DNA from: Squalus acanthias
Taxonomy: Eukaryota
Reading direction: 5' to 3'
NCBI GenBank assembly: GCA_030390025.1
Contig: CM059432.1
Coordinates: 82,524,001 to 82,588,000, forward strand
Length of the DNA stretch: 64,000 bases
Positions within the stretch are counted from its first letter, which is position 1. Each line of letters begins with the position of its first letter. Under the pieces are notes generated by a model. The model worked only from the letters and a program-made list of their open reading frames with translations. It was not told where the DNA came from and searched no databases. Below, piece by piece: positions 1 to 10,920 of the stretch. Both the position numbers and the translations under genes were made by a program.

Positions 1-202
1 GGCATTATAGAGGCAATTTCGTGCTTGTTAAGGGCCTTAACAGCCTATCCCACCTCTTAGAGGCGGGACGGAGTCGGGACCAGCAGACACGATTTAATGA
101 AAATTGCATGGAGGCGAGCTTGTGCCTGCCCGCCAGTTTTCGCAATTTTAACCCCCCACACGCCTCCAAACCCACCTCCACAGGTCAATGAAAATCCACC
201 CC
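1..202. mobile_element. Right terminus of a PIF/Harbinger-like element running off the window start
   Basis: Ends in CGCCTCCAAACCCACCTCC...AAAATCCACCCC, resembling the terminus of the Harbinger element ending at 21649 (CGCCTCCAAACCTGCCTCC...AAAATCGAGCCC). Confidence 0.5.
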
Positions 203-603
203 TCAGTGTTGCTAAGACCAGGTGAACCATTTTGAAAATTAAAAGATCCACCACATGGAGTGCAATTGATCACAGGGCAACTGATCCGCTCTCCTCTACC
301 AGCACTTCATGTGGGATTTGTCAGATACTTTTCCCTTGCCAGGTGTAGGATGCTCCTTTAAGCTGCTGTAGGGACCAGAGTCTTGCAGCAGCAGAGATTT
401 TCCACTCCACCCACCAGTGGACTCTGCTGCAAACCAGAATCCCCTGCAGGAGCCTGCCAAAAAAGGATTAAAAGCAGCAGACAGAAGAACGTCACACGAG
501 CAGGTCAAGTGTTCATCTGCTGATATCACCGACAGTAATTTTGAGACTCATCTGCTTCTCTGCAATGTCAACATGACATTGATATGTGTGTGCTCAATAC
601 ATT

Positions 604-1367
604 GGCCCAAAACTTCGGCTGAATACGGGAGAGTACGAACTGTGTACTCTCGCGCATTCGGTCCCGAAGTGACGGTTTCCTGCATGCACTGCGCATGCGC
701 GGGAAACCGGCACTTCCGATATTGCTAAGGGGGCGGTTCCTAAGTGAACTGCGTGCGCACTACAGGCTGTGCGCACGCAGCGCACTTAGGTTTTTTTTCA
801 GGTTTCAACGCGAGGGTAAGTATTGAAGATTTTACACATGAAGAAAGGAGGCGTAAGACCCCCTTTTAACAAGGTAAGTAGTTAATTAAGTATTATTTTA
901 AAAATTTTCAACAGGTTTATCTTTTTTAGAGACTTTAAAGAAAGGTAAGTTTATTTTTATAACTTTTAAAAAGAATTTAAATTTTTTCAAAAATTTTAAT
1001 TTTTGTTTAAAGTGGTTAATTTATTTAACTATAGTTACTTTATTAATGTGATGGGTTTTTTTAAAATTTATTTGAGGTTTAGCTGTTCTTTTGGGGGCAA
1101 TTTGTATTCATAGCTTTGACAGCTCTTCCTGTCAAAGCTATGAATGAAAGATGGTGTGCTGCCATTGGCTCTCCATTGTCCACCTGATCCCAGAGGTCGC
1201 ATCGAACTAACTGCGCCTCTGGGACACGCACACACTGCGCGCCGGCACCAGGGAGAGGCCCGGGACCCGAAGTTCGTGTGGGCCCGAAACATAAAGGCAG
1301 GCGCGGTAGGTAAGATCGTGCCGGATCCTTACCCCCGCGGCAACCATCGAAGTCTAATTTCTGGGCC
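604..1367. mobile_element. 764-bp non-autonomous DNA transposon (Harbinger/PHIS-like MITE), copy 1
   Basis: TIR GGCCCAAAACTT...AATTTCTGGGCC; ATT flanks at 601-603 and 1368-1370; near-identical second copy at 3609-4372. Confidence 0.85.
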
Positions 1368-1970
1368 ATTGTTTCCCCAAAACCTACCAAGCTAAGTTAT
1401 ACTGCCACAGTGTGTAGAGGATATGGAATGAAGACTGCTGCTGTGTACTGATACCAGGTTCAGTAGTGTGTGGTTTCAGGAACAAAGTAGCATGCCTTTT
1501 GGCAGCTTGTGACAAACTTGGGCAAAGGGCTGACTTTGCTGTATAATGCAAGATCACCTAACTACCGCCTTAGCCCTGGAAATTAGGCGTATAAAGCTCA
1601 GTCAATTCAATCTTGATTCTGCTCATATTTACTAGTTTCTGTTTTTTCTACTTCAATTCTGTGGACCTGGAGGTTTAGAGAGTGTTGGTCTGGACCATGC
1701 TATCTCATTGGTGCATCAATTCTAAATTGAACACCAAGATCTGTTAGTATCAGCAACTTAAAATATATGTAAATTAATGGGAGCACTGATTTAAATCAAA
1801 TTTGCAAGTCCCAGCAGCAACAATGGGCCTCACAGACATCAGGTACAGGTCAGAAAACCGGGCACCTGCTTTTGCATTCCAATTCATGGGACAGCCGATA
1901 TTCCAAGAGGTGATTTGATAGCAAAAGGTGAGGATATGCTATTGACATGCATGGCATTATTTCAATATTT

Positions 1971-2860
1971 ACAACTTGCATTTATACTGCACCTTTAACA
2001 TAAAAATACATTCCACGGTGCTTCACAGAAGCTAAGGAAAGAAACTGATGCCGAAGCAAAGAAGGAGATATTAGGACTGACCAAATGCTTGGCCAAAGAC
2101 CTGAGATTTAATGAGAGTCTTAAACAAAAGTGAGGTAGAAAGGTAGAGGTTATGGGGTGAATTCCAGATCATGGGTCTTCGGTGGCTAAATACACAGCTA
2201 CAAATGGTGGGGTAAAGGGACAAGGATTCACAAAAGGCCAGATTCAGAAGGAGAGAGTTTGGGAGGGCTTGGGATGGATGAAGTTAGAGATGGAATGACG
2301 AAACAATGGAGGAATTCAAATACAAGGATGAGAATTTTCAATCTGAGGCATTTGGGGAGTGGGGCCAGTGTAGATCAGTGAGGGCAGGGGTGATGGGTGA
2401 GCAGAAGTTGGTGTAGGATAGGATACAAACAGCAGAGTTTTGGATGAGCTGAAGTTTATGGAGGATAGGAGGCCATTCAAGAGAGCATTGAGGGTGAAAT
2501 CCAACTTAAGCACGGCCGCAAAATGGGCGGTAGCAGATCAGCCACCATTTGATTTTCCTGCCTATTACCGGGGGGTATAACAGATGACCGATCCACTACC
2601 ACCCATTTTGTGCCCTCGCCAAAGTTGAATTTTACCCCCATTGAGTCTGGAGGTGACAAAGGCATAAATGAGGGTTTCAGCAGCATTGGGCTAAGCCAAG
2701 AATAGAGGCAGGGAATGTTAAAGAGGTGGATGCAGGCGGTCTTGTAATAGAAAGGATATGGGTTCAGAAGCTCGATTCAGGGTCAAATAGCATGCCATGG
2801 CTGTGAATTGTCTGGTTCAGCCTGAGATAGTGGCTGAGAAGGGATAGAGCCAGTGGCAAG
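1971..2860 (-). mobile_element. Degraded L2-clade LINE 3' fragment
   Basis: Starts with ACAACTTGCATTTATA, the reverse complement of the L2-type TATAAATGCAAGTTGT end also seen near 24260; purine-rich plus strand; interrupted by the MITE at 2490-2639. Confidence 0.6.
2490..2639. mobile_element. 150-bp palindromic Harbinger-like MITE
   Basis: TIR GAGGGTGAAATCCAACTT / AAGTTGAATTTTACCCCC; ATT duplicated at 2487-2489 and 2640-2642. Confidence 0.75.
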
Positions 2861-3608
2861 AGTCCAGAGTGGACAATGCCAGGCTGACCAGATACAAGTT
2901 CTAGAGATACAGCTAACATCGACACTCTCCCAGGACCAAGTCACCATGAAAGGAGAGAACATCTCAGTCCCATTGACCCTTTTGTACTACAGGAGAGCTA
3001 ACTACCTCTTGTGATGCTGGCCCTTAGGTTGTACCTTGGAGAAGTACTAGAACAGTAGAAAGAAAAGCATGTTTAGTCACCCATGGTTTTAGGGAAGGTT
3101 GGTTTGTGTTCACTTCTGAGTACCTTGTAATATTGGAGAATGTGCACTTGGTTCATACTCAAGTTATTCATGTGAACTATAGTAATACAGGAAAGGATAC
3201 ACTTATGTCGTGCTCAGAAAATGGGGCTACAGAGTTATAGCTCCAGCTCTGCTGCTGAACCTGCCACTAACCAGGCTGTAAAATAGGAGGAGCCTTGCAA
3301 AATCACCCTCATAATCCCACAATGAAACATAGTTGCAGAGCGAAGAGAAAGCCCGATTCAACATCTCTTGTTGCATGCAAAAGTTATACATACAGCAGTC
3401 AGCAGAGAGATGGAGAGTATGATCTCAATAAATTCAGTCAATACAATTGCAAACTTACTGATTAAAAAATACAGGAACAACTTAATACTGAAATATCTGT
3501 ATTTCATCCCTCACTATCCAGTATTCCATGGGACACTAAGGTTAAACAAGATAATGCACATTTGCTAATGGTAGGAAAATGTTATCTTAGCCTTTAAAAC
3601 ATTATAAT

Positions 3609-4372
3609 GGCCCAGAAATTCGTCCGAATACGGGAGAGTACGCACTGTGTACTCACCCATATTCGGTCCCGAAGTGCCGCTTTCCTGCATGCACTGCGCA
3701 TGCGCGGGAAACCGGCACTTCCGATATTGCGAAGGGGGCGGTTCCTAAGTGAACCGCGTGCGCACTACAGGCTGTGCGCACGCAGCACACTTAGGTTTTT
3801 TTTCAGGTTTGAACGCGCAGGTAAGTGTTGAAGATTTTACACATGAAAAAAGCAGGCGTAAGACCCCCTTTTAACAAGGTAAGTAGTTAATTAAGTATTA
3901 TTTTAGAAATTTTTCAACAGGTTTATCTTTTTTAGAGACTTTAAAGAAAGGTAAGTTTATTTTTATAACTTTTAAAAGAATTTAAATTTTTTCAAAAATT
4001 TTAATTTTTGTTTAAAGTGGTTAATTTATTTAACTATAGTTATTTTATTAATGTGATGGGTTTTTTTTAAATTTAATTGAGGTTTAGCTGTTCTTTTGGG
4101 GGCAATTTGTATTCATAGTTTTGACAGCTCTTCCTGTCAAAGCTATGAATGAAAGATGGTGTGCTGCCATTGGCTCTAACTGGCTCACGTGATCCCAGAG
4201 GTCTCATCGAACTAACTGCGCCTCTGGGACACGCACACACTGCGCGCCGGCACCAGGGAGAGGCCCAGGAACTGAAGTTCGTGTGGGCCAAAACCATAAA
4301 GGCAGGCGCGGAGTGCGATATCGCGGGGGATCCTTACCCCCGCGGCAACCATCGAAGTCCAATTTCTGGGCC
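3609..4372. mobile_element. 764-bp non-autonomous DNA transposon (Harbinger/PHIS-like MITE), copy 2
   Basis: Perfect 12-bp TIR GGCCCAGAAATT / AATTTCTGGGCC; flanks AAT/ATT; same length and orientation as 604-1367. Confidence 0.85.
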
Positions 4373-5602
4373 ATTGAGTATTTACCGAAGATATCTTTGG
4401 TGTTTTATCTATGCAGGTCCCTCGAGCAGGTCCAAAGGACATTTGCTCATGTTAGCACAATCAATACAAATGTAACATTCACATGATTTTCCTTCATTGC
4501 CCTGACAGCAATTGTGGGTTACAACTAAATTGTTAAAATTGTCAGACAGCATCAAGTGTCACTGCCCTTACTGAGAATAACTAGTTCATCTGGCTTGTCA
4601 CAGTTATGCATGTCAGCAGCATAGATTGAATCCCAGCCAAATACTTTGCAGGGTGATGGCGCTACATATAACCCGACTTTTGACCAGAAAAGTAAGGACA
4701 TATTCATTTTCAAAATATAATAATATGGGCAATATGTCAATGAAATAACCAAAAGGGAAGAACTTGCGGTCCAAATACATAAATACAAGTAACAGTATGC
4801 AGAGTACAGCAGAGGGAAAATAATATCCAATTCCAAACATTTCCTGCCAGTACATGATGTTCTAGAATTTATTCCTCTGTTAAATCTGTCCTCATACAAA
4901 GAAAGCTGCATATTACAATCACAGTAACAAGATGGGATATCAGCAGCAATTGCTAAGATGATGCTTTACAGTTAATGATTAGAATTTCTGGGGGGAGAGG
5001 AGGGGTTCTCCCGTCGTATCTTCGGCGGAAACTCCGGAGAAATTGCACCAATGGCAGTTTAGATTGTTTCTCCATCGCTTTTCCGGGTATAGTGGATCAT
5101 CAACTGCACCCAAGTTGCAATTCAGGCCCCTGTACACAATCCTGTGCCCTGTATGACCAGCAAAGATTTTGTTTTAATCTCAATGTGAGCATGTTATGTA
5201 GCCGCCAGCACAGAATATTGCAGGGCAATGCATCCTTGCCCAGAATCTCTCACAATGCCTTCATTTTAAGGCTTTCTCCATCTTTGCTTACATCTGCAGC
5301 AGTTATGTTTCTAGTTCTCTTTGCCCCTCTAATTACCTTTCTAACATATTTCTCCATGTTCTTATATTCATCTAAGAGAACCTTTTCCCCTTTCTCCACA
5401 AAGGATTTGTAGAGATCAATTTTTTCACATCTGTTTTATTTATTAATCCATTTAGGGCCACTCCTATTTAGTTTTTGGGATGTATTTATCCTGCATGCTC
5501 ACCATTATGCCTTTAAAACCCTGCAGTGTTGTTGAACAACCTTCCCCAATCAACTTTCGTAAGTTGCTCCCCCGTTTTGAAATTAGCCTTTTGAAAGATA
5601 TA

Positions 5603-6493
5603 GGGGGAAAAATTCAGTTGGTTGCGCCTCCTGTTAGCGCCTTTAGAGGGCGCTAATGGGGCGCAAAGCAGCTAGCGCCCGGGCGCAGCGATGTTTGCGC
5701 CGCTCGCGAACTTAACTAGACATTTTGCGGCGGCGCTAAACTTTATCGCCGCGATCTCCTGCGCCGGCAGATCATGAAGTCACTCGAGTGCACAACGCCC
5801 CGGTATCGCCCCGGAGCGGATATTGAGTGGCGCCCCCTGCCTTACCGCCTGACGCTAGCAACGACAGGTTGAGGGGAGCGTTCTGCAGTCATGAAGGGAA
5901 AGGGGGAGCGCTATTTAAAGGTGACCGCTTCCTGCCTTTTATTGTTGGTGCCATTTTTGAACTACGCATTCTGAGAGAGAGGGAGAGACTTCTGGAGAGA
6001 TTCAACGTTGTGTGAAGGAGTTTTGGGTACTGAGCAGCACTTTGCAGGTTCATTTTGATTTGCCATTCCTTGTATCGATTTAGCAGAGACTGTGGGGGCT
6101 GCACTCTGAGCTCTTTGCCTGGTACTCTCCATTGTTCTTTCCAGCACATTTGATGTTCAGGTCTCTCCAGGCCGAGATTCAAGGCTGCAATGAGCAGGAT
6201 GTGGATGGAAAGCAAGATTAACCATCCCCTTTAAGAACTGGCCCGTGCCATTGTGTGTGTGTTCCATTGCTGACTGACATTACATGAGCTTCGCCAGCGC
6301 TCTGAGGTAGCGCCTCGCTCCTCGGCCTTTGCGCCTTAAGACAGGTGTGAAGCGCCTGATTTAGCGTTGCAATCACCTCCAGGGGCGATAAAAGTCAAGT
6401 TTGCAGTCGGTGGCGATAATTAGCGGCAGGCGCTAATTTTTGCGCCCGGACGATATTTGCGCCCCAAACGGGGCGCGACTGAATTTTTCCCCC
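5603..6493. mobile_element. Non-autonomous PIF/Harbinger element
   Basis: 16-bp TIR GGGGGAAAAATTCAGT / ACTGAATTTTTCCCCC; ATA TSD at 5600-5602 and 6494-6496; GCGCC-rich subterminal repeats. Confidence 0.85.
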
Positions 6494-6496
6494 ATA

Positions 6497-7162
6497 GGGA
6501 GCAAAATTGGGTCACGGCCCCTTTGGGGTGCTAACTTCGCCACGGCACTACTTTTAGCGTCCTGAAAAAATTCGTGCCCCCGCGCCCAAAATTCACTGGG
6601 AGCGCCCCAAGAGAGAGGCGGGGCGCTTGCCCCACCTCCCTCTTGGGGCGCTACGAGTGAATATCGCAGCGCTACGTGCCGCAGCACCGCAGTACTGCAG
6701 GCCTTCCTCCCCTTATTAAAGGGGAGAGGCCTAGCGCAGCGCAACCCGGGACCCAGCTTGGCCACCAGGGATCGGAGTGCCGGCAAAAGAGCCCGGGGAG
6801 AAGGGGGGCTGCACAGGAGGCCAGGGACGGCAACATGGGCAGGTGCTGGCAGGCGGCCAGCAACAAAAATGGCCATCCGGCACCTCCCCTTTAATTTGCG
6901 CCGCCCCGGCCGCAGGTAGGCCCCCTTGACCCTGCCAGACATAGCGTCCAGCGGTAAGTCATGGGGCGCTACCGAAGATCGCGGCCGGGGCACGAGTGGG
7001 GCGCTGCGCACGGCGATGACGTCATCGCCGGAGGTGCAGCGCCGCGGGGCTCTAACAGTTACCGCCGCTGCTAACCTCTCGCTGAATTTCGCGGGAGGCT
7101 CTAGCGGCGTCATGCCCGGGCGCTAGTTGCTTTACGCCCTGTTAGCGCCCTCTTGTTCCCCC
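6497..7162. mobile_element. Second GC-rich Harbinger-like non-autonomous element, in tandem with 5603-6493
   Basis: Begins GGGAGCAAAATTGG right after the shared ATA and ends TTCCCCC followed by ATA (7163-7165); right TIR partly lost; many GGGGCGC/GCGCCC repeats. Confidence 0.7.
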
Positions 7163-7412
7163 ATAAACCTCACTCTCAGTCTTTGGAACTTCTGAATGCC
7201 AGATCATACTGACTTTAATCATTCTGTAGTCAATGACCACACTTGACATTTTTTTGTAATTATTCTGGATCATTTATGAATATCAGGTTAAGATGAGCAC
7301 TATCTCTTGTGGCTTCTCTAACTCACTGGACCATGAAGGCAGTCAATTGAGTTTTGCTAATTTATATAAGGTTGATTAAAGTCACCCATTAAATTAACTT
7401 TGCTCTTCTGAT

Positions 7413-7868
7413 ATAGAATCATAGAATGGTTACAGCACAGAAGGAGGACATTCAGCCCGTCGAGCCCGTGCCAACTCTCTGCAAGAGCACTTCAGCTTGT
7501 CCCACTCCCCTGCTCTTTCCCCGTAGCCCTGCAATTTTTTTTCCTTCAGGTACTTATCCAATTCCCTTTTGAAAGCCACAATTGAGTCTGCCTCCACCAC
7601 CCTTTTAGGCATTGCATTCCAGATCCTAACCACTCACTGTGTAAAAAAGTTTTTCCTCATGTCGCCTTTGGTTCTTTTGCCAATCACTTTAAATCGGTGT
7701 CCTCTGGTTCTCGACCCTTCCGCCAATGGGAACAGTTTCTCTCTATCTACTCTGTCTTGACCCCTCATGATTTTGAACACCTCTATCAAATCTCCTCTCA
7801 ACCTTCTCTGCTCTAAGGAGAACAACCCCAGCTTCTCTTGTCTATCCATGTAACTGAAGTCCCTCACT
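7413..7868 (-). mobile_element. CR1 (HER1-like) LINE 3' fragment
   Basis: Peptide LGLFSLEQRRLRGDLIEVFKIM...RTRGH...FFTQ; (TTCTATGA)n tail. Confidence 0.9.
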
Positions 7869-8190
7869 CCTATATATCTTTCCTATCTCAAAATCGAGCA
7901 AACTATCTTTCTTCTTGAGCTTGAGCTGACCTGGAGGTCTACAGCACATCCCTAGTGAATCCTTGGATTTTTTCATGTTAGAGGTGTCTACCAAGAGTAG
8001 TTCATGGCACATCTGTCTACCTCCCACTATAACAACTTCTTTTACATTCCAGGTATCTCTCACATATATGGTTACACCACCTCCTTTTCTGTCCACTCAA
8101 TCTTTTCTGAACATTCTATATCCCAATTATTGTATTCAATCCCACCCTCTGCAATTAGCCATGTTTCTGATATTCCTACTCAGTCATAAT

Positions 8191-8431
8191 GGAGAGTAAA
8201 ATTGGACAGGGTGTAAATGTATTTCCCTGTAAAATTGGACGGGGTGTAAAACATTGTCCGCCTCGTTCCTGCCAAGTGGAAAGATTAAAATAGGGGCTGT
8301 AGTTCCCTGCTGTAGGTCTCCAGATCCATCATATTGAAGTCAATGGAAATAAAAATAGGGAGAGATGTATAACGGGCGGCTGATCCAATATTGCCCGTTT
8401 TACACTATTGCCCAAAGCCAAAATTACCCCC
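8191..8431. mobile_element. Harbinger-like MITE
   Basis: Imperfect TIR GGAGAGTAAAATTGG / CCAAAATTACCCCC; flanks AAT/ATT; body resembles 25804-25982. Confidence 0.55.
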
Positions 8432-8646
8432 ATTATTTCTAATACTTCCTTCTTAACTCATCCTCTTATTCTCTCCAATCACTTCATGTCACTACCAACA
8501 CATACACTCCTTCCCCATTTGCCCCAACTTGAAACTCCTTTCCACACACAATCCAACCACATGACTCCAGCCAAGCAATCACTTAAACTCTCTTCCAACT
8601 CAATCACTCAGATCATATGAAATAGTAAACTCAAAATATTGCTTAA

Positions 8647-9355
8647 TTTTTTTTTTTAATTCGTTATTTTTAATTCATTCTTGGGATATTAACATCACTG
8701 GCAAAGTCGGCATTTATTGCCCATCCCTAGTTGCCCTTGAGAAGGTGGTAGTGGGCCTTCTTCTTGAACCACTGCTGTCCATGTAGTGAAGGTACTCCAA
8801 CAATGCTGTTAGGTAGGGAGTGATATATGTCCAAGTCAGAATAGTGTGTGACTTGGAGGGGAACTTGGAGGTGATGGTGTTCCCATGCTCCCACAGTGTT
8901 GTTGGGTAAGGAGTTCCAGGATTTTGACCCAGCGACGATGAGGGAACAGCAATATATATCAAAATCAGGATGGTGTATGACCTGGAGGGGAACTTGGAGG
9001 TGATGGTGTTTCCATGCGCCTTCTATGATGGAGGTCGCGGGTTTGGGAGGTGCTGCTGAAGAAACCTTGGCGACTTTCTGCAGTGCATCCTGTAGATAGC
9101 ACACACTACAGCCACGGTATGCCAGTGGTTGAGTCAACTGGATGTTGAAGCTGGTCAATGGGGTGCCAAGCAAGCAGACTGCTTTGTCCTGGATGGTGTT
9201 GAGCTTCTTGAGCCTTGTTGGAGCAGCACCCATCCAGGCAAGTGGAAAATATTCCATCACACTCCTGACTTGTGCCTTGTGGAGAGCTACTCGCTGCAAT
9301 ATACCCAGCCTCTGACCTGCGATAGTAGCCACAGCATTTATGTGGCTGGTCCAGG
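8647..9355 (-). mobile_element. 3' fragment of the tRNA-headed CR1/L2-group LINE family, with a small internal duplication
   Basis: Peptide AGQRLGIL...KAQVRSVMEY; 3' end GGGCAACTAGGGATGGGCAATAAATGC...polyA matches 37974-41035. Confidence 0.8.
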
Positions 9356-10566
9356 AAAACCAGGAAAGTGGAGCAGAGGTTATAAATGTATATTAGTGAA
9401 AAATATTTTTAGAATAGATATTAGAAAGAGTGATAAATGATTGGAACAATCTGCAGGCTCAGTAAAGCAAGACCATTAGCGGCATTCAAAGTGAGGCTGC
9501 ATGCTATGATGGAAGAGTCAATGCAATAGAAACCGAATGGCATCTCAGCTTTGACTTTTCTTATGTTCTGTAAGTCATACTTATTTGTACAAATGAGGCC
9601 CTACATTAGAGCCCATACTAAATATGCTTTAGGTGCAATTTGGATGGAACCCTGATCTTCTAGGTTTCCATCCTTCAGAAGTTGCCCCACAAATTGCATT
9701 CCAGTGGGTGCACACGAGTTTCTTAGGCTTGCTCCCAGTACACCACTGACTGACCTTGAGGCAAGTCTGAAGGTGTTCCACTCAGCTTGCACTTAATATG
9801 CCCCTAAAATAAAGAAAACAAAGATAATCGATCCCTGAGGAACATTCAATTCTTGTCCCTACCTCAGATTTGGGGAAGGTCCCATTATTGAAAGTCTTTC
9901 CAATTTAAATGACATAGGCTTCCCATAGTTGTGGGTAAGCCCTTAAGAGAATTCCCTCCTCAAAGTGGAAAAGCTGGTTCCCGGCCAAGAACCAGCTTTT
10001 GAGGTACGGCAACGGAATTCTCTGAATGGCCTCCTCCATGGTTTTGCGGAAGGCCCTGCTATCTAAACTGCAAAATGTTTCATAAAGGGCCTTCCCCAAT
10101 GTTGTGGGAAGGCCCTTTAATGAAATCTGCCCTGTAGTTCAATAGCCAATTCCTGAGACAAAAGGGTAAAAGACTGCCTTCCCCAAGTCATTGAGAAGCC
10201 CTTTGAGGAATCGCTGCATTCAAAAGCTGGTTCTCCATTAATGCCAGGAACTAGTTTTTGAAGTGCAGCCTGGGTCAGGCAGGCTGCCAATCAGGCCAGA
10301 GGGCATTTAGGACCCATAGGCTAGGCTATGGGGAAGGTGAGGAGCAGGGATGAATGGAGCAGGTTAGAGACCGGAGAGCAATCCAAGGAACCAGCAATGG
10401 GCTGAGGAGGACAAAGAACACAGTGCTGGGAGGAAAGCATGGAGCCATGCCACAGTACCAGCAGTGGTGAAAGACCTGCAACTGCAGCATGACATCTTAT
10501 GGTTTTAGATTTAAATTCCTATTTTAAATGTTTACATAGGCAGTTTCAATTATAATAATTGTTGAT

Positions 10567-10805
10567 TAGTGGAGGAGAAGCATCCAGGAAGGCGCCGAAT
10601 ACCTCGAGTCTCTTCGCCAGGAGCAAGCGGAAGCCAAGCGCAAGCAGCGCGAAGAGCACGTCAATCCACCCGCCCCTTCAACCACCGTCTGCCCCACCTG
10701 TGACAGAGACTGTAGGTCCCGCATTGGACTCATCAGTCACCTGAGAACTCATTTTTAATGTGGAAGCAAGTCATCCTCGGTCCCGAGGGACTGCCTAAGA
10801 GAGAG
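10567..10805 (+). mobile_element. RTE-clade LINE 3' end
   Basis: Same 3' sequence as the RTE at 57300-58359 (CPTCDRDCRSRIGLISHLRTH; GACTGCCTAAGA tail); 10-bp TSD AATTGTTGAT at 10557-10566 and 10806-10815. Confidence 0.85.
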
Positions 10806-10920
10806 AATTGTTGATAGAAGCATTACCAAAATTTGTAACAACAGGAAGTTTGACAGGAGGTCCATGCATATGCAAGATTTTAATAATATACAGATATATA
10901 TCCAGTATTTATTTTACCCA

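Larger units (their letters stand above)
5260..8190 (-). mobile_element. Old fragmented CR1 ORF2 remnant hosting several later insertions
   Basis: Minus-strand peptide remnants DRKGGGVTIYVRD (endonuclease, ~8090), ...VYIFQKANF (read across the 5603-7162 insertions) and VRKVIRGAKR. Confidence 0.5.

Noticed and set aside
604..4372. CRISPR-like array or tandem segmental duplication
   Set aside because: No repeat-spacer periodicity; similarity stops at the TIRs, so these are two transposon insertions.
6433..7113. 226-aa minus-strand ORF
   Set aside because: Lies in GC-rich MITE sequence that is poor in stop codons; no recognisable motif.
9890..10330. Palindromic AAAAGCTGGTTC...GAACCAGCTTTT repeats
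   Set aside because: Probably decayed MITE remnants; TIR and TSD could not be defined.
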